64,000 nucleotides of DNA from Leptospirales bacterium. Lineage in GTDB: Bacteria; Spirochaetota; Leptospiria; Turneriellales; JAOUFE01. The notes beneath the pieces were generated by a model. The model ran no database searches and was not told the DNA's origin. It worked only from the letters and a program-made list of their open reading frames with translations. The translations under genes were made by a program, and so were the position numbers. The stretch is taken from the NCBI GenBank assembly GCA_040326155.1, contig JBEQLE010000015.1, forward strand, positions 1 to 64,000, written 5' to 3'. Below are positions 38,003 to 48,422 of this stretch, piece by piece (position 1 is the stretch's first letter; every line of letters begins with the position of its first letter).

Positions 38003-41000
38003 TTATAAAGAATTTTTTATCTCGAGGAGTTTTTCAAGGTCAATCATAGTACGATCAATATCAAAAAGTCGTCCGGCTTCTTTTAGATCTTTTGCAATTA
38101 AATGAAAACTTTTTAGATGTACTTTTTCTGACAGTTTTTCAATCATTTCGGCAAGTTCAAGAATTTTATTCATATCATTCCCATTTATGGCTTCTTGTAT
38201 TACAGGAATAACGAAATCAATGTACTCTTTTTTTAACAATTTGGCCTTTTCTACGGGTAATTTTTTGTATTCTTTTATTACAGAGTGAGCAAGATCTGAA
38301 CCGACAGGTTTTTCTTTTGCCTTTATAGCAGGCTTTGAAACACTCAGGTATTTTGTTAAAATTGAAAAAAGTTTACTCAGCTCAACAGGTTTCGCCAGAT
38401 AGTCATCAAAAATAGTGAGTTTCTTTTTTTCCTGCGCATTACTAAATACAAAAGCCGAAATGGCGATAATTTTTGTTTTAGAAAGAACTTCTTTTTTGCG
38501 AATTAATTCTGTCGCTTTGTATCCATCCATAACAGGCATTCTTAAATCCATTAAAACAATGTCGGGAGTAAATTTATCTGCCACCGCAACTGCCTCTTTA
38601 CCGTTTAGAGCTTCTTGAACTTCCAACCCGCAGTTTGAAAGTTGTTCGACAATAAGCTTTCGGTTGTCTTGCGCATCATCGACCACCAGAACTTTACCTT
38701 CTTTAAACATAATCTTTTCAGGAGCGCTCTTGGATGCGCTAAATTTTGGTGTAGACGCTATTTCCACCTGGGGAAGAATAATTTGAAACAGTGTTCCCTC
38801 GTTTTCAATACTTTTCAGTGAAATCTTTCCACCCATTAGTGAAACGAGTCTTTTCGTAATGGATAAGCCCAAACCGGTCCCTTCATATTTTCGGGAGTCC
38901 CCTTGTTGAAAGGAGTTAAAAATTAAATTTTGTTTATCAACAGGAATTCCGCACCCCGTATCTTCGACCCCAATAGTCAGAGAAATTTTATTTTTATGTT
39001 TAGGGCTAGGTTTGGCGTCAACAATAATTCTAATATGTCCGGAACTTGTGAACTTTACCGAATTCCCAAGAAGGTTGAAAAAAATCTGTCTCAATCGAAT
39101 TTCATCCAGCATTAAAAGCTCGGGAACCGAAGGTGACACTTCCAGTATCCATTCTACTTTCTTCGCTAGAACCTGAATGTGGAAAATTTGTTGCAGGTCA
39201 TTTAGCAGTGTTTTGAGTTTTACCGGTCCATTTTGCAGCTCCAGCATGCCCGATTCAATTTTAGAAAGATCAAGAATATCGTTTATAATTAATAACAGAC
39301 TTTTACCCGCCGATTGAACCGTTTCAATATACGTTTTTTGTTTGGTATCTTTCAGCTGAGGCCGCAACAAATCAGAAAAACCGATAATGGCATTTAAAGG
39401 AGTCCTTATTTCGTGGCTCATGTTGGCTAGAAACTCCGATTTTGCCTGGCTTGCTTTTTCAGCCTCTTCTTTGGCATCTTTTAATTGTTTCTCAAAATTT
39501 TTCTGATCGGTAATATCGTGAACAATTGCAGAAATTTGATAGGGGTCCCCATCTGCTTCAGTTTTGACTTCTCCTTTTGCATGCACCGTACGTGTAGAAC
39601 CTGATGTTTGCTGTATAATATTATACTCACAATTGAATTTTTTTTCAATTCGCATTGACTCGGTAATTTCATCCCAGACTCTTTTTTTATCTTTGGGTTC
39701 AATAACACCAAGTATATTTTCAATGGAGGGTTTTTCTATGGAGGTATCAATACCATAAATATTATATAAAATATCTGACCAATGTATTTTGCCTGAACCT
39801 AAGTCCCAGGACCATGAACCAAGGTAGGCCATACGCTGGGCTTCCATAAGTTGCGACTTATTATCAATAATTTTTATCTGGGCGTCGTCACGTTCAATCA
39901 TTGTCTCTAGAACCATCACTCGAAACATTAGATCGTCTACGAGTTCTTGCAGTAAGTTTAACTCCCGGGTAGAAAAGTTTTTTACCTTGCCCGTATATAA
40001 GCTGATGGCTCCAATTGTTTTATTTCCTTTTTTCAGCGGTATGGAGGCTATGGATTTCAGGCCTAAATTAAGGGCGTCCTTTTTCCAGACCGAAAAACGG
40101 GGGTCGGTTTCCGTATTATTAATGACTTGCGCTTTTCCGGAAATAATGGCCTGTCCCACCGGACCTTTACCAAATTTGTCGTCATTCCAACTGACTTTAA
40201 TGGAATGCAGGTAAGTATGGGCTTCTCCGGCATATGCAACCACACTAATGGGTTTATCTGGCAACTCTTCGGCAATACCAACCCATGCCAGTTTATACCC
40301 TGTCTCTTCCGTAAGAATTCGGCAGAGGTTGTCATAGATATCTCTTGGCGTATGAGCGTGCAGAAGATGTTTTCTTCCCCGATTAATCGCACCGAGAATA
40401 GAAATATACCTCAGATTAGCGGCAGCGTAATTACCCATAATGGCATGAAAAAAACTAATAAGAAGTGAAGTCAGAACAATTGTGATAATAGAGACCATTA
40501 CATGGTAGTTTCGATGTTCGTTGATTGCATTATATAAATCATGTTTTAATTGCTGATGAGAAAGATCGATTGCAACCAGAGCATGGGTACCTTGTGTAAA
40601 AGTCGTTAAAGATTCAAATTGAAAAGTCGGTTTCACCAACATAGATTCAGTCTCTTTTAAATATAAGATTGTGGATCTAAGTACTTCATTCACTATTGAA
40701 TATTTGTCGGCTTGTTCAGGAGCCAATTCAAAAAAAGATTGAATTACTTCGGTATACAGTCTAATTTCACGACGAAGTTCAATAAGTTGCTCTCCGATCA
40801 ACTCTCTAGCCATATGGTCTGAACGTTTACGAAACCCGAGAGAGCTGACAATTCCTCGAACTCTAGCGGTTTGTTCCGAGATAGCCGGGTAGTGGGCACC
40901 GTAAAGTTTTGCAAGAAAGTATATATCGATATGAGATTCAAGTATTAAATTAGATCGATTGTAGACACTGTTTATAAGGTCAAGAACCGATTGAATTTGT

Positions 41001-41485
41001 ACCGTATAAAGATTAAATTTTAGAACAGCTTTCGGAATTATTCGCTCAGGCTCTCGATAATTATCCAGTAAAGAAAGAATATTTTTTTCTATTTCTTGTA
41101 CATTGTATAAGATTAAAAATTCGTCTCTTTTTTTGAGTTGTTCCAGGGTACGGGTAAATCTGTTTTTTACAATTTCTTTTTGGGTTTGCAATTCTTGAGT
41201 CAGGGACTCCTTATTCTTGTTATGAATAGTCGTCATCATCTCCAGGTCGCGCAATTTTCTGAGTGGAGTATTGATCTCATATAAAGAACGGATTGTTTCA
41301 ATTCCGTACAGTTCCTGGTCGGTAAATTTAATCTCTTTATAATTTTCGTAAACGACAAATGCCGCAGAAACTACCAATACAAATGCAGATATAATTTCAG
41401 GTAGATGAGAAATCAGGGGTTTATTGAAATTCTCAATAAAATTTCGTTTTTTTGTTCCGTCTTTTTTAACTGTCGAGATTACCAT
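38003..41485 (-). CDS. Membrane hybrid sensor histidine kinase (periplasmic sensor-GAF-PAS-HisKA-HATPase-REC)
   Basis: [15 protein letters not shown]-box, [36 protein letters not shown]. Confidence 0.93.
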   Translation of the reverse strand: MVISTVKKDGTKKRNFIENFNKPLISHLPEIISAFVLVVSAAFVVYENYKEIKFTDQELYGIETIRSLYEINTPLRKLRDLEMMTTIHNKNKESLTQELQTQKEIVKNRFTRTLEQLKKRDEFLILYNVQEIEKNILSLLDNYREPERIIPKAVLKFNLYTVQIQSVLDLINSVYNRSNLILESHIDIYFLAKLYGAHYPAISEQTARVRGIVSSLGFRKRSDHMARELIGEQLIELRREIRLYTEVIQSFFELAPEQADKYSIVNEVLRSTILYLKETESMLVKPTFQFESLTTFTQGTHALVAIDLSHQQLKHDLYNAINEHRNYHVMVSIITIVLTSLLISFFHAIMGNYAAANLRYISILGAINRGRKHLLHAHTPRDIYDNLCRILTEETGYKLAWVGIAEELPDKPISVVAYAGEAHTYLHSIKVSWNDDKFGKGPVGQAIISGKAQVINNTETDPRFSVWKKDALNLGLKSIASIPLKKGNKTIGAISLYTGKVKNFSTRELNLLQELVDDLMFRVMVLETMIERDDAQIKIIDNKSQLMEAQRMAYLGSWSWDLGSGKIHWSDILYNIYGIDTSIEKPSIENILGVIEPKDKKRVWDEITESMRIEKKFNCEYNIIQQTSGSTRTVHAKGEVKTEADGDPYQISAIVHDITDQKNFEKQLKDAKEEAEKASQAKSEFLANMSHEIRTPLNAIIGFSDLLRPQLKDTKQKTYIETVQSAGKSLLLIINDILDLSKIESGMLELQNGPVKLKTLLNDLQQIFHIQVLAKKVEWILEVSPSVPELLMLDEIRLRQIFFNLLGNSVKFTSSGHIRIIVDAKPSPKHKNKISLTIGVEDTGCGIPVDKQNLIFNSFQQGDSRKYEGTGLGLSITKRLVSLMGGKISLKSIENEGTLFQIILPQVEIASTPKFSASKSAPEKIMFKEGKVLVVDDAQDNRKLIVEQLSNCGLEVQEALNGKEAVAVADKFTPDIVLMDLRMPVMDGYKATELIRKKEVLSKTKIIAISAFVFSNAQEKKKLTIFDDYLAKPVELSKLFSILTKYLSVSKPAIKAKEKPVGSDLAHSVIKEYKKLPVEKAKLLKKEYIDFVIPVIQEAINGNDMNKILELAEMIEKLSEKVHLKSFHLIAKDLKEAGRLFDIDRTMIDLEKLLEIKNSL

Positions 41486-41563
41486 TTATAGATATCATAT
41501 AACAGGCAATCTCTTAATTGTAAAGTACTCTTTCTGGAAAAAATGGAAAACTTGTCTCTAAGC

Positions 41564-43402
41564 TTACTTGACTGGTGAAATTTTCGGCTTATTAATGTTT
41601 TCACGTTGTTTGTCGTATAAACGTCCTTTTAAAAATAAAAAGATTTTCGGTAATATCGAAGTTGATATTCCAAGTCGGTTATCGATAAGCTCGAACAGGT
41701 AATTTAGAATTTTAACAGGGGGAGTTAAAATCCAGGCGATTACCCACGATACCCAGCGTATCGGAGGCAGCCAGAATACAAATTTCATAAATTTGAATAT
41801 TCCTGGTAGTACGAGGGTTTTTTCAAGCCATGTGTGTTTAATTGCTGTGTCGAGTACTGAGAAAAAGAAATAAAACGGGTCAAGAAACATGCCTTGGTGC
41901 CGGTAAAGTTTTAACAGCAAAAGCCAGATTCTTAACGGAGAGCGTTGACCGAATTTAATTTTGTACTTTATTCGTGCAAGTTCGGCTCCTCTTACTCTTT
42001 GCATACCGGGACGATCTTCACCTGTTTTTGGGTCGACTACCAGGTCGTACATTAAAGCGTCTTTTTTCATACGAAACCGATTTGTAACGAGAGTGTCAAC
42101 ATTCCATTTTCTGCCAAAATAGAGCATATCCATCATATCTTCTTCAGTTTCTCCTGGTGAGCCGAGAATAAAATTGCAGATTAAGAGTATGTTGGTTTTT
42201 TGCATCATCAGCATACTTTTTTCGATCGAGTCAGTTGTCTGGCCCTTCCCATAGAATTTCAGGGTCTCATTTTTCAGTGATTCTATACCGAAACTAAGCG
42301 CTAAAAAACCGGCTTTTTCCATCTTTTTTAAGGCTGGAACAGTGCTTTTTATAACGTGGTCTATTCGGCCTGTACCCATATAGAGTTTTTTGGTTTTGTT
42401 CGCAAGAAGCAGGTCAGACAGTTCACTTAGCATTTGCATGTCAGTTGTCATATCATCGTCTACCCATCCGACCAGGGGAGCGTCCACTGTTTGCAGTTCA
42501 TTAAAGATGCTTTGGGCAGAGCGTCCCTGCCATTTGAGGTAGGTACCGTCAAAATCTTTTCCATATTCAAAACAAAATTTACATCTGTAATTACAACCAA
42601 CCGCAGCTCGTAAAAGGTCAACTTTTATACCTGCAATATGATATTCATAGCGGGGGTTTCGAAGATTACGTTGGGGAAATATTTCTTCATCGAGAGGATA
42701 AATAATACGTCGATTTAAGTGAACTTTTTTACCGGTCCGATAAACAAGATTGTCTATTTTTTCGGGGAAGCCCTTCTTAAGAAGTTCAATCATAGGGAGT
42801 TCAGGGTTACCACGAATAACAATATCAACTTTGGGATATCGTAACATGGCTTCTTCATGGTCAGAAAAGCCCGTACCGCCGGCTGCTATCGGGGTATTCT
42901 CAGGAACCTGGGCAAGTATTTCGTCAATAACATGAATATTCCATTTCCCAAAAATAGAACAATCTTCAAAATAACCCTGAAAGCAAACCAGATCGGCCCG
43001 ATCCAGTTCTTCTTGTATGTCGCCTTCATAGCGCATATCGAGCAGGGTTACAGATTTTCCGGCGTGGGCAATTCCAGCCTGCATGTATTCAGCGGCAATA
43101 GGCGGCAACGCCATATAAGGGTTTATGTATGTAAAAGGATATACGATTACGACGTGTTTAATTTCTTTTTTTGCTAATTTCTTATTGTAACTACTTTTTG
43201 AAGTAGACTTAATCTCTTTTTTTAGCGGGGCTTTTTTAGCAGCTTTTGCAACTGTCTTTAGCGGGGCTTTTTTGGTAGCTTTTGCAACTGTCTTTAGCGG
43301 GCCTTTCTTAGTCGTTTTTACTACAGTTTTTTTCGCTGTTGTTTTTACAGCTTTTTTCACTGGTTTAGTTATTAGTTTTTTTGATTTTTTAGTAAGAGCC
43401 AT
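41564..43402 (-). CDS. Cobalamin-binding radical SAM protein with Lys/Ala-rich N-terminal extension
   Basis: GCNYRCKFC (CxxxCxxC), B12-binding-like N-domain, GIES, FILGSPGET. Confidence 0.85.
   Translation of the reverse strand: MALTKKSKKLITKPVKKAVKTTAKKTVVKTTKKGPLKTVAKATKKAPLKTVAKAAKKAPLKKEIKSTSKSSYNKKLAKKEIKHVVIVYPFTYINPYMALPPIAAEYMQAGIAHAGKSVTLLDMRYEGDIQEELDRADLVCFQGYFEDCSIFGKWNIHVIDEILAQVPENTPIAAGGTGFSDHEEAMLRYPKVDIVIRGNPELPMIELLKKGFPEKIDNLVYRTGKKVHLNRRIIYPLDEEIFPQRNLRNPRYEYHIAGIKVDLLRAAVGCNYRCKFCFEYGKDFDGTYLKWQGRSAQSIFNELQTVDAPLVGWVDDDMTTDMQMLSELSDLLLANKTKKLYMGTGRIDHVIKSTVPALKKMEKAGFLALSFGIESLKNETLKFYGKGQTTDSIEKSMLMMQKTNILLICNFILGSPGETEEDMMDMLYFGRKWNVDTLVTNRFRMKKDALMYDLVVDPKTGEDRPGMQRVRGAELARIKYKIKFGQRSPLRIWLLLLKLYRHQGMFLDPFYFFFSVLDTAIKHTWLEKTLVLPGIFKFMKFVFWLPPIRWVSWVIAWILTPPVKILNYLFELIDNRLGISTSILPKIFLFLKGRLYDKQRENINKPKISPVK
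43221..43311. repeat. 36-bp tandem repeat (about 2.5 copies) encoding a KKAPLKTVAKAx unit
   Basis: TTTAGCGGGGCTTTTTTAGCAGCTTTTGCAACTGTC at 43221, near-identical copy at 43257, partial copy at 43293. Confidence 0.85.
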
Positions 43403-43616
43403 TTATTGTACCTGTATACAAAGTGACGAGGGGCAGAAACGTCGTGTAAAGGTTTTTTTCGCAATAATTATATCAATTCAGAGGGGGGAAAGTTGATTTT
43501 TCCATCTCTGGTAAACAGCTGCTCCCCCTGGCTGCAACCCGTTGGGTTTCCGCCACCCCCTTAGACTCCTATTTACAATCTTGACAATGTAATTCAGAAA
43601 ATGGAAGATCCAGTTT

Positions 43617-43820
43617 ATGATTAATACACCTACCGCGAAAACTGAGAATTTTTCATCTATTGCAGCTTTTATCTGGTCTGTGGCCGACACATTAAGGGGC
43701 GATTTTAAACAGTCCGAGTATGGAAGAGTTATTTTACCCTTTACGATTTTTCGAAGGTTGGAGTGTGTTTTAGAACTTACGTGCGAAGCCGTTGTAAGCG
43801 AATATACAAAACGTAAAGGC
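43617..43820 (+). pseudogene. hsdM: Truncated type I restriction-modification HsdM N-terminal fragment
   Basis: [43 protein letters not shown] is HsdM_N-like; similarity ends after about 65 aa, with no methyltransferase motifs and no hsdS/hsdR. Confidence 0.85.
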
Positions 43821-43854
43821 GACGATCGCAAATTTATAGGTAATAGCTCAAATT

Positions 43855-43950
43855 ATGATTTTCGATATGGCCAAAGGAGATTTACCAAGACTACTCAAAA
43901 ATATCTCCGATTTATTACAGGAATATGTTTGTACCAATGAGAAAAACTGA
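43855..43950 (+). pseudogene. Possible C-terminal remnant of a DUF86/HepT-like HEPN gene
   Basis: Frame reads [31 protein letters not shown], like the DLP.L helix ending DUF86 proteins; the stop overlaps the start of the next gene. Confidence 0.3.
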
Positions 43951-46900
43951 CCCTTCAATAAATACTACTGGTGCCAGTCCTGCATATCGTGGTTACAGAC
44001 TTCAATCTTTATATGTCCTGGACAGAGTATTGAATTCGACAACAGAAGATATCCAAATCCGCCCCGAAGGTTATGAAGATGTGGATATTCTCGATACCTA
44101 TGGTTCATTGCTTGAGGCGGTACAGGTTAAATCGTATGAAATTTTAACTTTTTCTAATTTGGGTAGTTCAAAATCACAAAAACCTTTTTTGAAACGCGCC
44201 GCTTTGTTATATAAGAAGTATCCTGATGCTAAAATCAAGCTCGTAAACTTTGGTCGGTTTGGCCCGGAAATGACCAAAGCATGGGATGGTAAACATCTAC
44301 ATCTCGATGATACAATTAGCAAAAAACTAAAAGAAAAACATGATTTAAATAATGATGAGATCACCTTAATTCATTCAAAATTAGAGTTGAAAGAGTTGGC
44401 AGAAAATTTGTTAACCGAATCAGTGTATCAAAAAATAAAGCAGAGCGTGGCCGGAATTGATCCGGCCCATGCATTTGATCTATTGAATTTTTGGATATAC
44501 CGCCTTTCGGAAGAATCAAAGACAATGGATAAAACCGATGTTATCGATAAAATAAATAGCATTGGCCGGAGTTTAACTGAACGACATCACTACCTGAAGC
44601 AGTGGTTTACCTCGATTCAGCCCATAGAACCGAATAAAAATTTCGATATTCAATCACACAAAGAATCTCTGGAAAGCGAGTTTTATGCCGGAGCTTCCGC
44701 CCGTTATGAACACATTCTTGCGGGTATTGACTTTCTGCGGGGTGATTTATTAAATGAAATAGATGAAAAGCTAAACCGTTCAAGAATATTAATTATCCAC
44801 GCCGCTTCAGGGCAGGGCAAAACGACACTTGCCTACCGTTATTTGCATGATTATTACCCGGCCCAATGGAAATATAAGATCGAAATAATTGAAAATTCAA
44901 GTCATGCATTGGAAATTGCCGCCGCCTTGAATGCCCATGCCAGCTCTTTAAATGCACCCATCGCAATTTATATCGATGTACGGCCCGCGAACACGTTTTG
45001 GATTGAGCTTGTTCGGCAGCTACATCAGTACTCTTATTTGAAAGTTCTGGTCACAATTCGGGAAGAAGATTATAAACGAAGCTCTCTACCCGGTTATGAA
45101 ATTTCTTTCGAAGAGATGGAATTGAATTTTAATCATAAAGAAGGTGAATTGATTTATAACAGGGCAATGGATGCAAAAGTATCAAATCGATTTCTGGATT
45201 TTCAAGCAGCGTGGGCGCAATTTGGGGAGCAAGGTCCTTTACTGGAATTTGTATACTTGCTTACACAAACAAGTTCCTTGGCCAAACGGCTTGAAGAGCA
45301 GGTAACCAATATTTATAAAGAAGTATCCGGGCAAGGTACATCAAAATCAAAATGGAAAATATTATGTTATTGTGCTGCCGCTACAGCCTATGAAAGTAAA
45401 ATCGAAACTGTAAGATTATATGACTTAATTGACGATACCGGTCTGGCTGGTTTTGCCTTTGCAGAACTTGAAGAGGAATACTTGATTAAACTAAGTGACG
45501 AAGGAAGTTATATTGAAGGTTTGCATCCTATTCGCTCTGCTATTTTGTTAGAGATTATTTTACGCAAAGGCCAAATTGAACGTGTAGCCCTACTTAAAAA
45601 AACCATTGCTTTGATTCATGAGCCCAATCTGGAACAATTTATTCTTAGCGCATTTTATGCGCAGACCAAAAGCGAACAGGAAGAGTTTACTGAATTCTTA
45701 ATTTCGTTTTATCCTAAAACATGGTGTGGTAGTGGTTGCCTGATTCGATCAATAAACTGGATTTGTGTATATCAATATATTCAATTGAATAAAGACTTAT
45801 TTGCAGAAGTAGAAGCATATTGGTCCGGCGGCTGGAATCAATTTGTTTTAAATATCGATTTTATGGATGTACTGGATAAAAAACATCCATTTGATGAAAA
45901 AATGTTGTTTGGGAAGCAGAAAAAACAAGAGATTGACCTTTTTCGAAGAAGGCAAAGTTCGATTCATAATATGTTCCAAAATAGTAGAAAGTGGTTGCAA
46001 AATATCGGTAAGCCTGAAAATGAACCTCAAACTTATACCGACTGGCAGGGAGTTTCTGATGTTTTATTCTGGTCGGGCTGGTATAAGGTTCAAAATGGAT
46101 GTTTAAACTGGGTAACTTTAAATCAGCTTAATCATTTTGTTCAACATCACGATCTTCAAATTATATCAGATGTGTTGATTGCTCTCTACCAGATCGACAT
46201 TAAATTATATAAAAAATGCATTAAAAATAATGATACCAATATTCAGGAATTGTTTGCCGGGGAATTTGGTGTTTTTAAAATAAAGAAAAAGGCCGAAACA
46301 ATAAAGATTCACTTTGTACCCGAAGCTGCGTCTGAACAAAAAATCAAGCAAGATGATAATCTAATACATTCCATAACGATGAACGCAATTTTTGCGTTAA
46401 GGTCAATATACCAAGATTTCAAATATTACGCTTCGCAAGGGTATGGCGTTACCATTAAATCTCTTGGTATAGATCATGACGATACAGTCAAAGAAATTCC
46501 GTTTCATAGACTTCATCTGGAAAAAACGGTTAGAATAAATCAGTATGCCAGGAACTTAATAGAATATATGTTCAGGCCAAACGGATGGCAGGAATATTCA
46601 GAATCAGTCATTCAAACACGAAAAGCTATTTTGGAAGAGTTAATCAGTTTAAGGACAGGGATCGCTAAATTCTTTCAAAAGAAACGGGGCTTTGACTTGA
46701 TTAATTATTGTAGATCAAATATGAAGCTGGACACTCTAGCTAAAAAAATTGATCATTTGCCGGGTTTGCCAGAAAGTTGTATCGACCCGTGGGGATATAA
46801 ATCGGAAACCGATGCTGACGCAGGTGATGAAATGAACCAGGGAATGTCAAAACAGGTTTTATTTTTATTGAAGTATAAAACTTTCCTGGAAAAACAGAAA

Positions 46901-48136
46901 GAATACTTTACTGGAATTCGAAATTTTTCCCAGCAAAGCTTCAGTGTACTGGTTACAATTTCATTAACGGGTCATTTAAAAGATAATGATCCAAAGAAGG
47001 AACAAGCTCTGTCTGATATTAAAGCAAAAGGTTTCAACGTCGAAAATATGGACCTCTCTACACGAAATCTTTGGAATAGCCTGACTGGTCTATTGGAATA
47101 TCAACAAGAGTTCAAAGAATACTTTAACTTTATTGTTCCGGTCGATCAGCTGAGCAAACTGGAAAGAAAAGAGAAAAGTATCCTTTTTGAAATCTGGTTG
47201 GTTTGGTATAATTTTGTAAATAAACCAGGTCAGATTATCATGAATTTCGATAGATATTTACAAAAGCGAAAACGGGAATTAAAGAATGACATTGATGAAA
47301 AGGTCGATAAAGTTTTGAAGGATGAAAATGAGTATATTACGGAAAGAATACAAACGGATTTGAGATGGGAAACAGATTCAACATTATGGTTAAAGGTAAA
47401 TTTTGATTCGCCAACTGATTACTATTCCGTGGTTGAAGAAGTTCTAGAACAATTCAAATTGTCATTTGGCAAACGAGAAGTTAACTCTATTGAAGATTAT
47501 TTTATGGAATATTATTATAAAAAAGTCGTTCTCATCCCTTTGGTTAGCGGACAGTTGATAAACCTGAATATATACGTATTTTCCTTTGAATTTTTCTTTT
47601 ATGAAACTGAATCCTATATGAATCCTTTGATTCATTTTGCTCCGAAGCAAACAGATGATGAGCGGATAAAAAGTTTAGGATTATCTATTTGGGATTCCGA
47701 AGATGTTAAATTTGCTAATCAGCTGGCGGATAATCTCGCTTTAGTTCGGTTTTGGTTTTTACAATTAGCAGACGTCGCATTTATATGGGAAAATACAAAA
47801 AATTTGCAGGCTAGAAAAGTTGAAGAGAAACTCATGGAGATGAAGAAAAAAGAGCTGGAAGAATATGTATCTAAGTTGGGGGATGCTTTTACCTACCTGA
47901 GAACTAAGGCGGATAGTGTAGTGGAGGCGGACTATGAAAAACATAATTGCTTACTGGTATGTTACGATGCAATGATTGATTTTGTCCAAAATGTATTTAT
48001 GACTATTCCAGAGTCTGAAAAAATAGAGGGGAAAACAATATTGCAGATTGCCGAAAAGTTCAAGGACTATGAATTTACACATGAGGAAATGCGATTAAAC
48101 TGGATAAAAGATGTTTTAGATAATTTTGGTGATTAA
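43925..48136 (+). CDS. PD-(D/E)xK nuclease-STAND NTPase with large helical C-terminus (Avs-like antiphage candidate)
   Basis: N-term AYRGYRLQ...EGYEDVDI...EAVQVKS; Walker [10 protein letters not shown], Walker B IAIYID, VLVTIRE, GPLLEF, GLHPIRS. Confidence 0.75.
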   Translation: MFVPMRKTDPSINTTGASPAYRGYRLQSLYVLDRVLNSTTEDIQIRPEGYEDVDILDTYGSLLEAVQVKSYEILTFSNLGSSKSQKPFLKRAALLYKKYPDAKIKLVNFGRFGPEMTKAWDGKHLHLDDTISKKLKEKHDLNNDEITLIHSKLELKELAENLLTESVYQKIKQSVAGIDPAHAFDLLNFWIYRLSEESKTMDKTDVIDKINSIGRSLTERHHYLKQWFTSIQPIEPNKNFDIQSHKESLESEFYAGASARYEHILAGIDFLRGDLLNEIDEKLNRSRILIIHAASGQGKTTLAYRYLHDYYPAQWKYKIEIIENSSHALEIAAALNAHASSLNAPIAIYIDVRPANTFWIELVRQLHQYSYLKVLVTIREEDYKRSSLPGYEISFEEMELNFNHKEGELIYNRAMDAKVSNRFLDFQAAWAQFGEQGPLLEFVYLLTQTSSLAKRLEEQVTNIYKEVSGQGTSKSKWKILCYCAAATAYESKIETVRLYDLIDDTGLAGFAFAELEEEYLIKLSDEGSYIEGLHPIRSAILLEIILRKGQIERVALLKKTIALIHEPNLEQFILSAFYAQTKSEQEEFTEFLISFYPKTWCGSGCLIRSINWICVYQYIQLNKDLFAEVEAYWSGGWNQFVLNIDFMDVLDKKHPFDEKMLFGKQKKQEIDLFRRRQSSIHNMFQNSRKWLQNIGKPENEPQTYTDWQGVSDVLFWSGWYKVQNGCLNWVTLNQLNHFVQHHDLQIISDVLIALYQIDIKLYKKCIKNNDTNIQELFAGEFGVFKIKKKAETIKIHFVPEAASEQKIKQDDNLIHSITMNAIFALRSIYQDFKYYASQGYGVTIKSLGIDHDDTVKEIPFHRLHLEKTVRINQYARNLIEYMFRPNGWQEYSESVIQTRKAILEELISLRTGIAKFFQKKRGFDLINYCRSNMKLDTLAKKIDHLPGLPESCIDPWGYKSETDADAGDEMNQGMSKQVLFLLKYKTFLEKQKEYFTGIRNFSQQSFSVLVTISLTGHLKDNDPKKEQALSDIKAKGFNVENMDLSTRNLWNSLTGLLEYQQEFKEYFNFIVPVDQLSKLERKEKSILFEIWLVWYNFVNKPGQIIMNFDRYLQKRKRELKNDIDEKVDKVLKDENEYITERIQTDLRWETDSTLWLKVNFDSPTDYYSVVEEVLEQFKLSFGKREVNSIEDYFMEYYYKKVVLIPLVSGQLINLNIYVFSFEFFFYETESYMNPLIHFAPKQTDDERIKSLGLSIWDSEDVKFANQLADNLALVRFWFLQLADVAFIWENTKNLQARKVEEKLMEMKKKELEEYVSKLGDAFTYLRTKADSVVEADYEKHNCLLVCYDAMIDFVQNVFMTIPESEKIEGKTILQIAEKFKDYEFTHEEMRLNWIKDVLDNFGD

Positions 48137-48390
48137 TTATTCTTATCCAGCCACTCAACTTGCGAAATATGTAAAAGAACTATTTTGGCTCTTGATGAAC
48201 GACTTATTGGAAAAAATGGCAAGAGTTAGCCCAGAAGACTCTGAGTTTCATCGTTTCGGTACTCGCGCATGAATTCAACGCACGTTACAATGTTGCTCCT
48301 AGAAGAACATTTCAAACAAGGATTTATAAAAATAGACCATTACGAGAATATGAAAAAAGATCTCGATGCTGCAAATTATGCTGGAATCTC

Positions 48391-48422
48391 CCGTCGGCAC
48401 GCGATTAATCGCGTGCCGACGG
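48391..48422. repeat. 32-bp perfect palindrome (REP-like)
   Basis: CCGTCGGCACGCGATTAATCGCGTGCCGACGG. Confidence 0.85.

Noticed and set aside
43480..43565. GC-rich structured patch before hsdM as a tRNA or SRP RNA integration site
   Set aside because: No T-loop GTTCRA, cloverleaf or SRP GGAA-loop motif on either strand.
48140..48390. Short open frames after the STAND gene as a partner gene
   Set aside because: Fragments under 60 aa with no RBS or recognisable motif; cannot support a call.
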